Source: Callorhinchus milii
Taxonomy: Eukaryota
Direction: 5' to 3'
Length of the DNA: 64,000 nt
NCBI RefSeq assembly: GCF_018977255.1
Contig: NW_024704742.1
Span: forward strand, 54,314,001 to 54,378,000
The position numbers were made by a program, and so were the translations under genes. The notes below the pieces were generated by a model. The model saw only the letters and a list, made by a program, of their open reading frames with translations. It ran no database searches and was not told where the DNA came from. This document shows positions 1-10,424 of this stretch, in pieces; the stretch's first letter is position 1; each line of letters opens with the position of its first letter.

Positions 1-178
1 CGGTGTCCTGGAGATGGAAATAAAATTGGTCACTCACTCCATGGCTGTTTGAGGGACATTGCTGTGCACAACTGGCTGACAAAATATACAGTCAATCCAT
101 TTTGCAGCATATCCTGTGAAGGGCATTAATGCACAACGTGATAACTCACTATATCAAATGCAAATATTATTATTATTG
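1..178 (+). mobile_element. DeuSINE (SacSINE1-like) 3' part
   Basis: GGTGTCCTGG...AAATTGGTCACTCACTCCATGGCTGTTTGAGGGACATTGCTGTG...CTATATCAAATGCAAATATTATTATT matches the 3' half of the fuller copies at 29113 and 46094. Confidence 0.8.
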
Positions 179-1269
179 AATTCCAGATTGTCAGGTCGCT
201 GCCCACGTGACTTTCTACATCTTGTGAAAAATAGTGCAAGCCCCATGGAAAATGCAATTGATATCACAGCACTGTTATTTTTTAAAGGATTCAGCCCCTC
301 TGGGTGAAAGATAAACATCCTCAGTATGACAGGAAAGAAAGTGTGAAATGCGTTGAAGTACCATACATCAATTTCAAAGTATTATTGAACTGTTTCAAGA
401 GTTTACTTGATACTATTGACAGTACATACCTTTGACTTTTGAAAAGATTGATTCCTTTTTATCCTGAATGAATTGCTTGCTCTCCATTGTTACATAGAAG
501 AAACTAATGTGGAAGAATTTTTCAAGCTTGTGGTAATGGTTGGTAATGCAAAAAGTTCCACAAGCTTTAGGGAATCAATCATTTAAAAGCAAGTTACATG
601 CACTAATAATAATCCTTGCAATTTATATGGTGCATTTTTGCATTGCAAAGATGCCTCAAAGTGCTTCCAGGATTTACTGTGAAGTGGATTTACTATAAAG
701 TGTAGTAACTGTATTTTGTAACTTTAAGTTGGCAGGGAAATAATACTTAAAGAAGATGTGATCTAAATTTGAATGAAAATTAAACTTTACATTGTCTTCA
801 TTGTGTCAGTGTTTAATGTAGAGACTTTGCTGCAGTGTGTGACTTCTTTATGACACATTGATAATTCAGAGATAAATAACTCTGCCAACTCAATAGATAA
901 CGTCTGTAACATACTAGGGTGGGCATGTTACATAAGGACTCTCCTCTCGGGAGAGTAATCAGAGCTGGCAGTTCATTCTCTTTAGAACATTGTAGATGGA
1001 GAGACTGTTGACAGTTCTGCTCACTAAGTAGACTTGGCATCTGTACCTGTGGCTAAATTGTAATGCAACATCCAGTTCGATCTTTGCATGATGTACCATG
1101 TGTATCAATTGTTATAGTCATGGAAATAAAACAAATTAATAGTTTGTGCCATTAGATCTAAACTATCTTCCTTGAATCATTCAATGAAAATGCAATAAGT
1201 GTCCCCTCCCGCTTACAGGAGGAAAGAATTGCCAATATGAACCAACATCCCACTGTGAATTTAATACAG

Positions 1270-1537
1270 TAATAACAATAATCCTTGCATTTGATATAGC
1301 ACTTCACAGGATATACTGTAAAGTGTAGCGATTCTGTATTTTGTGGATGAATATGGCAATTGAATACAGCAACCAATATGCGCTTAGCAACATCCAAAAA
1401 CAGCTATGGAGTGAGTGACCAATTTTATTTCGAGTATTGTAAGGCAGAACACCGGGAGAAACTCCCTTCTCTTTTTGAATAGTGCTACGGGATCTTTAAC
1501 GTCCACCTGGACAAGCAGATGGGATCTTGGTTTAATG
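1270..1537 (-). mobile_element. DeuSINE, 5'-truncated
   Basis: Reverse complement of the Deu domain (GGGATCTTTAACGTCCACCTG) plus the AATAATCCTTGCATTTGATATAG tail. Confidence 0.8.
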
Positions 1538-3135
1538 TCTATTCAATGTTTGTAATCTTTGAGGATCCTATAGCCACCTCTGTCTCTCCCTTGGGCCTTC
1601 TCCCCTCTCTCTTGCTCAGTGCCCTATTTGTTCTGTGTGAAATGCCACAGCATGTTACCCTAAGTGAAGGGCACAATATAAAATGAAACTTCTTGTTGTA
1701 AAACTTGTTGATGGTGATAATGAATAGGGTTGAAGTGTTTTGGGCAGTAAATATAAGATCTAAGTGTAACATATGTTAAGATATATAATGTGACAGTAAG
1801 CCTCCTTACAGGGGGAATGAACTGTGTAACCAACTGGAAGCAGCTACTTTCATTTATTTTCAAACACCACATACAAGCTCAGGAACAATCAGAACAGCCT
1901 TTCTTCTTACCTCTGTCCCATCTGAAAAATAACAAGACATCCTTTGAGATTTATACACATCCCTGGAGAGTGCTTATAAAGAACAAATCAGAATTAAGTG
2001 GAATATCTAAACAAAATACTCTTGCAATAGCTGCTGTAAAAAGCAGCACAAAGAAACAGAGGTGGCGACTTGTAGAAATAAATGATTGTAAACTGAAATC
2101 CACGAGTTTAATATTAAAATATATCTGTTAGACTACTACAAAATCATAATAACCACCCGTGCAGTTTATAATCTGTGTGCAGTGATTTGAATGTAGGCTG
2201 TGTATCAGGCTTAGGTTTATTTCAGCTTTTCACTGAGTTCTTTCTTTTATCCAATATTTAATTGTAAAGAAAACATCACTATTTATTTTGAGCTGTATTG
2301 TGTATCTGAAAGCTTTTATGTTTTAAACATGGAAAAATTGTGGGCTATAAATTAGGTAATGCTTTCAGACCATCCTTACTTGTCTTTGGAACGTATCACT
2401 GTTTGATGGAGTTTGGTAAACATATTTCACTGTTGCAACGTTTCACTCTGATCTTCAACTGGTTTGACTCAATAATGTCAAATGATGGAATATCTTGTGT
2501 TTAACCATTAGGCTGATCACTTCAGTTCTAAAAAGCAGCTCACGACAGACATTCTTCTACTTGTATCTTTATTCCTAACACTAATTTGACAGGAAATAAA
2601 TTTTTCCTCTTATAGCTTAGCGTAAGTTCTTTTATCCTAGCTATTTTGAAATCCATGCATGCTGTACACAGAAAGCATTAAGATTAAGACATTGGTGACT
2701 GTCTGGTTGGCTTGGAGACACCATCAATCATTATGACAGGGGTTAGGGTATGGTCAAGAAGCAATACAATCTATGCAAGGTTAATGCTGACAACATGTTT
2801 TATGCGGTTATTAACATAGAAATAAATTAAGGTTTACACAAACAAAAGTAACTGCAGTAATAACATGCACCCCCTGCCCCTCATTACTTCTGTCACTGCT
2901 CAAAACACTTTACACAGCTGACTTGGAAGCGAAGCTGGGAGGGAGAGTGGAGCTTGGGAGGTGAAGGGAAAGTGGCCGAAAGCATGATTGATATATAAGG
3001 AGTTTCTGATAACTAAAATAATCATATGCACAAAATATTTGATATCACTTCTGAATATTCCTACTTCTGGCTAGAATTGGGATAATAATGATAGTAACTT
3101 GCATTTGATACAACTCTTTATTTAATAGTTGAAAA

Positions 3136-3237
3136 ACAATAATAAATTGGTAATTTCAATCCACGACTGTTTGTGGGACACTGCTATATCAAATGCAAGG
3201 ATTATTTGCTATATCAAATGCAAGGATTATTATTATT
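3136..3237 (+). mobile_element. tRNA-Ala SINE 3' fragment, internally deleted, with duplicated tail
   Basis: CAATAATAAATTGG...CGACTGTTTGTGGGACA followed by TGCTATATCAAATGCAAGGATTATT twice. Confidence 0.75.
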
Positions 3238-3321
3238 AAATTACTCAAATCATTTCAAGATTTATAAAAAGTGTACTGACTATTTGTAGGGGAATATTCA
3301 GGGTGAAAATAAATTAAGTCA

Positions 3322-3593
3322 CAGTGCATTGCTGGGGGAATGCAGTCCTTCAGATGAGATATTAATCTAGGTTTCAACTGCCTATTCAGGTAGATGTTAA
3401 AGATCCTGCGACAGAGAAGAAGTTTATTCCAATGTCCTGGCCAACAGGTTCCCTGATAAAGTTAACTTAGTGCCTGTTTTGTGGGACATTGCTGTGCACA
3501 AATTGACTGTTGTGTTTGCTTACAAAATAGAATCATTCTTTGCAGTAAATCCCTTCACAGCAAAACACTTTGAGACATCCTCCTAACATGAAA
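3322..3593 (+). mobile_element. DeuSINE partial
   Basis: CTTCAGATGAGATATTAA...CAGGTAGATGTTAAAGATCC...GTGGGACATTGCTGTG. Confidence 0.75.
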
Positions 3594-4190
3594 TAACAAC
3601 AACATAATGACATTTGTATAGGGCCTTTCATGTAGGGAGGATGGCCCAAGGTGCTGGACAATCAGTGTTTCGGACTTGAGCTGGGGGTTGGGATTGGGGA
3701 GGGCAGACGGGGAAGGAGGGTGATTGAAAACACGGTTGAAGAGGAGAGTCCTGAGATGAGTCTTGAAGGAGACAAGGGAGTGGACGGACTACAGGATGGA
3801 GTTCCAGAGGGTGGGGGCAGAGTGGCTGAAGGCCCACACGCCAATGCTGCAGCCCACTGAGCGGAGGGAGCGGGAGGGATGGTAGGGGTTTAGGAGGTCG
3901 CAGAGGTAGGAGGGAACAAGGCCATGGAGGGCTTTGAAGGTGAGGAACAGGATCTTGAACTGTATCCTCTGTGGGATGGGAAGTCACTGGAGTTGGGCGA
4001 TGATGGGGGTAGTAGGGTCATGGAGGCTGGTACAGGAGAGGACATGGGCTGCAGAGTTCTGAAGCATCTGCAGCCTATGGAGGGAGAAGTTGGGGAGGCT
4101 GACAAGCAAGGAGTTTACATTGTCAAGCCTGGATGTTATGAATGTGTGTATGAGGGTTTCGGTGGCCTGCGGTTCAAAACAGTAGCGGCG
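3594..4190 (-). mobile_element. L2 LINE 3' fragment
   Basis: Homologous to the 3' end of the 16332-18241 L2 (CAGAACTCTGCAGCCCATGTCC, TTCAAGATCCTG); (CAA)n tail at the left end. Confidence 0.85.
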
Positions 4191-4249
4191 TCTCAGAGTA
4201 AGTGTTGGATACAGCAGTTCTTATATCCAGGGTAATGACTAACATCAGA

Positions 4250-4470
4250 AAAAGATAGAGAAAATTAGAGACTCAAAAACAGAAAGAAAGACAGGGTTAG
4301 GGAGAGAATGTCACGGAGAGAGAGTGAGTATTTAGAAAGTATGAGTGGGAAGGGTGAAGAAAGGCAGAGAGAAAAGCAGAGACAGCAAGAGAGTAGCAGA
4401 GAAAGAGTGGGGCACAGATAGAGAAAGAAAGTGAAAGAGAGGGAGAGAGTTTTAGAATGAGTGAAGAGCA
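4250..4470. repeat. GA-rich low-complexity polypurine tract
   Basis: Degenerate (GA)n run. Confidence 0.7.
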
Positions 4471-5510
4471 CAGTTTGATATTTTTGTGACAATATAACAG
4501 TGGAACAAATCTTTGGTTAGCACTAGCCAATTTATATTATGCCTGGTGTCCGATTACCCACACAGTCTGCCTAACACCAGTCCCAATTAGTTTAGATAAT
4601 TGGCTCTCTGCTGTATTTGCAGGGATGGAATATCTCAAAGTGTTTGAATTCCATGCCTTTTATCAAATATCTGCAATTTGTAGTGATGTAGGATTTAGAC
4701 TAATAATAGTACCTCTATAGTGCATTCAAACGATAAACATCCCTTCAAAGAACAGCAAAACAACACTTAGGCTCAAATAAACCTCAATAGCCATGGCTTA
4801 AATTGACATGTTTGTCATGAAAGGGAGCAAGTATTTCGTAATTTTAGTGGTGATCATAAAGTCCAGCATGTGTGCCACCTTGTAGCATTTGATTGTTTGG
4901 AAAGTCCGTAATCCGCAGAAATGATTCCTAGCATCTGATTTACTTTCTATGCAGCTGCTGGTATGGACTAGATAACAGTATTATCTGATCACAATAGTCG
5001 TGCTGTAAGAGATGAACTGAAATCTGTACTGAAACATCTAACATTTAAGAGTTTAACACACTGATGTTTCTATCAATAAAATTGCTTTTTGTTACCGGTT
5101 AGTACTCCAAGAGATTTGGGTCCTCTGCCTTCCTGGGGAAAAGATATACACCTATGAACCAGCGCACAGAAACTGTGAGTTCTTAATATGGTAACTCGAA
5201 TTGCAGAAGGTAAACAAGGGAGATCTGCATAGGTCAAGATTCCGGAAGAACAAAAATAAATTCAAAATCAAGAAATAATAATTCTTACGTTTGATTATTA
5301 ATCATTTTCCTGATGTGAAAGGTGCCTTTCACGTCTCAAAGTCATTCGCAGAACATACTGTAAACTGTAATGACTAATTTGCAGGCAAATAAATTAAATA
5401 TAAGCAACTAAACATCAGTGTAAATGTGGCAATGAGCATGCCTAAGCAATGATTGAAAATCTCCAAAAGGTTGAAAACTATACCAGGATGTTTCCATGTA
5501 ACCTTTACGA

Positions 5511-5664
5511 ATAATAATAATCCTTGCTTTTGATATATCGCCTTATCACATCTTTGAGACATCTCAAAGCGCTTCACAGATTATACTGTTAGTGAATTGA
5601 CTAATTTTTGGGGCGAAACGTGGCAGCCAATTGCACACAGCAGTGTCCCACAAACAGTCGTGGA
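5511..5664 (-). mobile_element. SINE 3' half (L2-type tail)
   Basis: ATAATAATAATCCTTGC...AAAGCGCTTCACAG...GTCCCACAAACAGTCGTGG. Confidence 0.8.
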
Positions 5665-6091
5665 ATGTCGAAATGTCTTGATTAACATTGTAACAAAGCC
5701 TGTCAACACCAGTAACAACCCATCTCCTGAGATGAATTTTACTTTGAAGATAATAATTTAAAATGGGATAGTATCTTGAACTCAGTTAAACTGCTGAGAA
5801 ATGGCCAGCCACCCCTAGATGATACCAGAGGGCTTTGGTTCAACGACCCTTGGACGTACAATAATAAATGCAGCCATTTATTTCTTGTCTCACTCTACCT
5901 CTCTCCCTATTTTCATTTTCTCCATTTTATCTTACTTGCAGAGCAGGTAATAGAAGGGAAGAACTAATACATATGTAATGATCAAGAGGGACTCTAATGC
6001 GGTGTATGTATTTAGTCAGGCTAACAATGTATGCTTTAGAAGAGTAATGTGTTTGCCTGGAGAGGCAGTTGTGTAACGTAAGAATTTTAAT

Positions 6092-6732
6092 ATAATATAA
6101 TAGTCTTTGCATTTCATATAGCACCTATAGAAACATGTTTCAAAGGACTTCATAGAGTTTGTATGTGAGTGCGGCAGTCAATTTGTGCACAGGAATGTCC
6201 CACAAACAGCCATGAAGAGATTGACCGATCTGTCACCTGGGGGAGTGTTGGCCAAACAATCCGCTAGGGAGAAACTCCCTTCTCTTTTCAACTGGCACCT
6301 ATGGCTGCCTTTTGGTGTACGTATGGCACTTCATATCTTCTGCTCCATCTCTCTCCCTGACACTCTCCTTGCTGCCTCGTGCCTTGTACAACCTCATAAG
6401 AGGCAGTGCGGAGACCAACGGGAAGAGAGATGGAACAGGAGATATGAGGGAATATGGAGAGTGATGGGAAGATGGCATCAAGGTGGTATTGGTCCATGGT
6501 TGAAAAGCCTGGCTCTGCTACTGGTGCCATGGGATCTTTAACATCCACATAAACAGGAAGATGTGATCTCAGTTTAACACCTCATGCATAGAACGTCACC
6601 TCAGACATTACAGTATACCCCAGAACTGTGATGGGGAGTACAAGCTAGACTACATGATTTCCAAGTCCTGAAATAGAGCTGGAACCTACAACCTTCTGAC
6701 TCAGAAGCGAGAGTGCTACTAACTGAGTCAGT
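6092..6732 (-). mobile_element. DeuSINE, near full length, interrupted at ~6292-6522
   Basis: Head rc (CAACCTTCTGACTCAGAAGCGAGAGTGCTACTAACTGAG), Deu rc (CCATGGGATCTTTAACATCCAC) and tail rc. Confidence 0.8.
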
Positions 6733-6914
6733 CTGACAGCTGACACCAGACAATACTAAATTATGATTAAACCATGATTTTTTCTTTGAAAGTAGAATGA
6801 GGAAAATAAATACAAAGTCGTCCAACAAAGCCTGCTACTATGATGGATTGTAAAACTGCATAAATATTGTATGAGCGGTAAAATAGTCTAGACTGACACT
6901 CATAAGGCTTGTTC

Positions 6915-7198
6915 TTCAGATGAAACATTAAATCAAGATCCTTTTTGACTGTTTAAGTGGGATCACGTGGCATTATTCAGACAGAGAATGAAATTCCTCC
7001 TGGTGTCCTGACTAACAATCCCCCAAATAAAATTGATCATTCACTTCATGGTTGTTTGCAGGCCATTGCTGTGCACATATTGGCTGCCCCATTTTGCTAC
7101 AAAGATATACTCCACATAAATAAATCCATTGAGTCGTCCTCCAAATATGAAAGGCAGGTAAGGAAACATAAGGTTCATTATTATTGATTATTATTGTT
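6915..7198 (+). mobile_element. DeuSINE partial
   Basis: CTTCAGATGAAACATTAAA...GGTGTCCTGACTAACAATCCCCCAAATAAAATTG. Confidence 0.7.
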
Positions 7199-7519
7199 AG
7201 ATAGCTACAATCAAGTCAGGAAAATGGTTTTATAAAATTGTGCAGTGAGTGATACTAGAAACACAAATTAGACCTACTTGAAAGGTAAAAACTGCCATCT
7301 ACAATATCTTAATTATGATAGATGATAAATATGACACTGTTGAGAAATGAAGTCAATATAGTCCAAAAACTATCCCCCCACCCCAAGCATCATGGTAACG
7401 GATGGGCCCAATGCTGCCAATAGCAGCCACTACATTTTCAATCCAAGATCCAGAATGCCATTTAAATTGCAGGTCCAGAGAGCAAGATATTGACTTCATA
7501 TTGGCAAGATACTGGCAAG

Positions 7520-7648
7520 GCATTGCTATGCGCAAATTGGCTGCCATGTTGACCTACAGAGAACAGTCACAGCAATCTACAGGGAAGGGCTTTGACACAC
7601 CCTCCTGATATGAAAGGCACTATACAAATGTAAGGATTATTATTATTA
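7520..7648 (+). mobile_element. SINE 3' fragment
   Basis: CATTGCTATGCGCAAATTGGCTGCC...GGATTATTATTATT. Confidence 0.7.
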
Positions 7649-7711
7649 GCAGACTGAAATGGCAATGGTCGCAATAGAGTGATTTGGGGCCAATGACTGT
7701 CACATACACCT

Positions 7712-8038
7712 ATAATAATAATAATAATAATAATCCTTGCATTTGATATAGCGCTTTTCACGTCAGGAGGACGTCCCAAAGCGCTTCACAGAACACACTG
7801 TAAAGTGAATTGACTGTATATTTGTGGGCGAACGCGGCAGCCAATTGCGCACTACAATGTCCCACAAACAGTCGTAGATTGAAAATGACCAATTTATTAT
7901 TGTTTTTGTTTTTTGGAGGGATTATTATTAGGCGTGTGGAGTAAGGAAACTTGCCCAAGGTTTCGCCCTGCCTGGAATTGAACTCAGGTCTCTCACTTGC
8001 AAAGCGAGTGCTCTAAGCACTGAGCTACAGGACTCCAC
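7712..8038 (-). mobile_element. Young tRNA-Ala(TGC)-derived SINE, full length
   Basis: Head GTGGAGTCCTGTAGCTCAGTG...TTTGCAAG...GAGTTCAATTCC carries A and B boxes; body, L2-like stem-loop and (ATT)n tail follow; nearly identical to the copies at 25495, 37590, 46506 and 52559. Confidence 0.92.
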
Positions 8039-8204
8039 ACTATAGAGAGCAGGTGTTAAATATCTCAATTGCATTTATCAATGATGTGATAATTATCACC
8101 TGTGATAATAAATATATCACGTATTGCAATTTAAGATAAAGCACTGCTATTTAATAATAATATAATAATCCTCACCTTAATGCACCTTATTTCTGGCCAA
8201 CAAG

Positions 8205-8388
8205 ACCCCAAATAAAATTGATCATTCACTTCATGGCTGTTTTTAGGATACTGCATTGTGCAGATTGGCTGCCATGATCACCTACAAAAATACAAAGTCA
8301 TTGCACGCATTACAATGTATCCTGCAAAGAGTTTTGAGATGACTTCCTGACTTGGAATCTAATATATCAAATGGAAGCATCATCATTA
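8205..8388 (+). mobile_element. DeuSINE 3' fragment
   Basis: CCCCAAATAAAATTGATCATTCACTTCATGGCTG...ATATCAAATGG. Confidence 0.65.
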
Positions 8389-8989
8389 CTTTCATCCTGA
8401 AGTCGAAACATCTCCAAACGCTTTATAGGATTTATGGTGAATTATAGTGTCTGTATATTTTATAAGCCAGTGTTTAGAACATATGCATTTGCAAGCCACT
8501 GTACAAATTATTCTGAACAACTGTTTTCAAGTTTTCAACACTTGGCTTCATGCTTGCAGTTGCTCTGTAATCAATGGTGGAGCATGGGGTGGGTGGAACT
8601 GTATAAAAAACGAATATTAAAGTACATCAATAGCTGGCAGTCAAACCAGTACCAGAAGAAGTGCTAAATGTAGAGTAATCAGGATATGTTAAATAATCAA
8701 TGAGTTAAAATAATTGAGGTAAAAGCTTATTATTAGAGGATCTATCAATTGATACATCAATGTATGATGAGGAGCAGTGGGATACAATTTATAACCAAAA
8801 CTAACCTGTTGTATAGTAATTGAATTATATTCAATGGAATGGAATGCCGTCTCTTATATTTTATTTAATACACAGATTATGAAAATTATGAAAATTAAAA
8901 TTCAACAGATTTGTAATTTAAGTAGCAACTAATCTTATATGATACAATACAAAATGACATTAGTAATTTACCACAATCGGGGATTAGAA

Positions 8990-9468
8990 CCCGAGTTGAT
9001 GGGGAGGAGGGTTGGTGTTGGGATTAGGGAAGGCAGGGGGGTGGGCTAGAAGGGTAGCCGCAGGCATGGTCAAAGAGGAGGGTCTTGAGGCATGCCTTGA
9101 AGGAGGCAAGGGAGGGAGCAAGATGAAGAGAATGTGGGATGGAGTGCCAAAGGATGGAGGCAAAGAGACTGAAGGCCTGACCGCCGTTAATGGGGCAGGC
9201 CGGGTAGGGGACAAGGAGCAGGCCAGAGCCAGCTGAGTGGAGGGAGCAGACAGATTGATAAGGGGTTAGGAGGTCAGAGAATTAGCAGGTCGGAGAGGTA
9301 GCAGGGGGCAAGGCCATGGAGAGTCTTGAAGGTGAGGACGAGAATTTTGAACTTTATCCTCTGAGGAATGCCAATAAGGTGGAGATGATGGGGTCACGGA
9401 GTCTGGTGTGGGAGAGGACATGAGCTGCAGAGTTCTGAATGATCTGCAGCTTGTGGAGGGAAGAGTTA
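8990..9468 (-). mobile_element. L2 LINE 3' fragment
   Basis: rc of CACAAGCTGCAGATCATTCAGAACTCTGCAGCTC and of the downstream L2 C-terminal region. Confidence 0.82.
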
Positions 9469-9838
9469 AGATGTGCATGGTTTCTACAGAGATTGTAATA
9501 ACCCCTTTGTAAAATGTTATCCCCCCCACACTAATGCTGTAACACTGTGAATTCATTGTTATGAAATATTAAAATGTTTGTCATAGTATGTAATCCCAAT
9601 TACAATGTAATCCCATACCGCAAAAATATTTAACCCCACTATCATCAAAAAATGCTATCAGATATTTTTTTCAGTAGAGGTGTTGACAATTATGCAAGTT
9701 CAATTACTGCTTCGTGGTCAATTAGGAGATTAAGGATACTATGTGCATCATATTGAACAATAGTTTAACTCCAATGATATCTTCATAAAGCCTACTATGT
9801 CTGTAATGCTGTCTGTCTTGTACATCCCATAGCTCAGA

Positions 9839-10166
9839 TTTTGTCAGCCGGGTTGTTTTGGTTAGCTGGATGTCTGACACATGCGGAAACCTATCATCAT
9901 GCTTAAGAGTATCCAAACCAAGCTGAGATTTCCATGCATCCCACCTACACATGGAAATCCCACAGATAGATTGTTGGAATGGAATGCACACTCTCTCCCT
10001 GGAGGGACGCATCCTGCTTACCTAATTCCGCAAGGTATTAGGTGCAGGTTGGCAAGAGCCAAGGCTTAGGGATCCCAGAGTGTGCATTGGGTAACTGCTG
10101 TAATCTAACCAGCTAAAACCATGTAGCTGGCCATTGATATTGCTGGCCAGCAAGCTTTCCCGCTGA
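9839..10166 (-). mobile_element. Unnamed ~300-bp interspersed repeat, copy 1
   Basis: Aligns by eye with 21069-21340, 31618-31890 and 26993-27061; strand inferred from the shared A-rich end. Confidence 0.75.
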
Positions 10167-10340
10167 TTGTCCAGCTAGGATCACCCTAGCAGTTTCGGCT
10201 TTGGCTTGCAGGGTTAACAGGAGCTGAGTGGGATAACTCCCTGCCACAAGTGACTGGGGGCAGGGAGTCATCCCACTCAGGTCCTGATAACCCTGGACTG
10301 CCCTTCCAAGTGCTGCCGATGAGCCAGTCTAGCTGGGCAA
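10167..10340. repeat. Palindromic (MITE-like) element; strong core hairpin at 10209-10295
   Basis: CAGGGTTAACAGGAGCTGAGTGGGATAACTCCCTGCC ... GGCAGGGAGTCATCCCACTCAGGTCCTGATAACCCTG; outer ends TTGTCCAGCTAG / CTAGCTGGGCAA. Confidence 0.75.
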
Positions 10341-10424
10341 AAATTAACTGAACATCTGACGAATGTCTGAATATTGCCAGGTTAACATTACATACTCTCG
10401 AATCATTAACTTTGCAGAGAGCAG

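Noticed and set aside
4955..4960. 6-nt microexon candidate CTGCTG
   Set aside because: Weaker donor (GTATGG) and no supporting motifs; it shows that such patterns arise by chance
7758..7958. Recurrent MGKFPYST... and MWDIAVRNWLPR... ORFs
   Set aside because: Translations of SINE copies using non-ATG starts
9881..10069. Similar small ORFs here and at 21088-21309 as a peptide gene family
   Set aside because: They lie in copies of an interspersed repeat; starts, stops and frames are not preserved across copies
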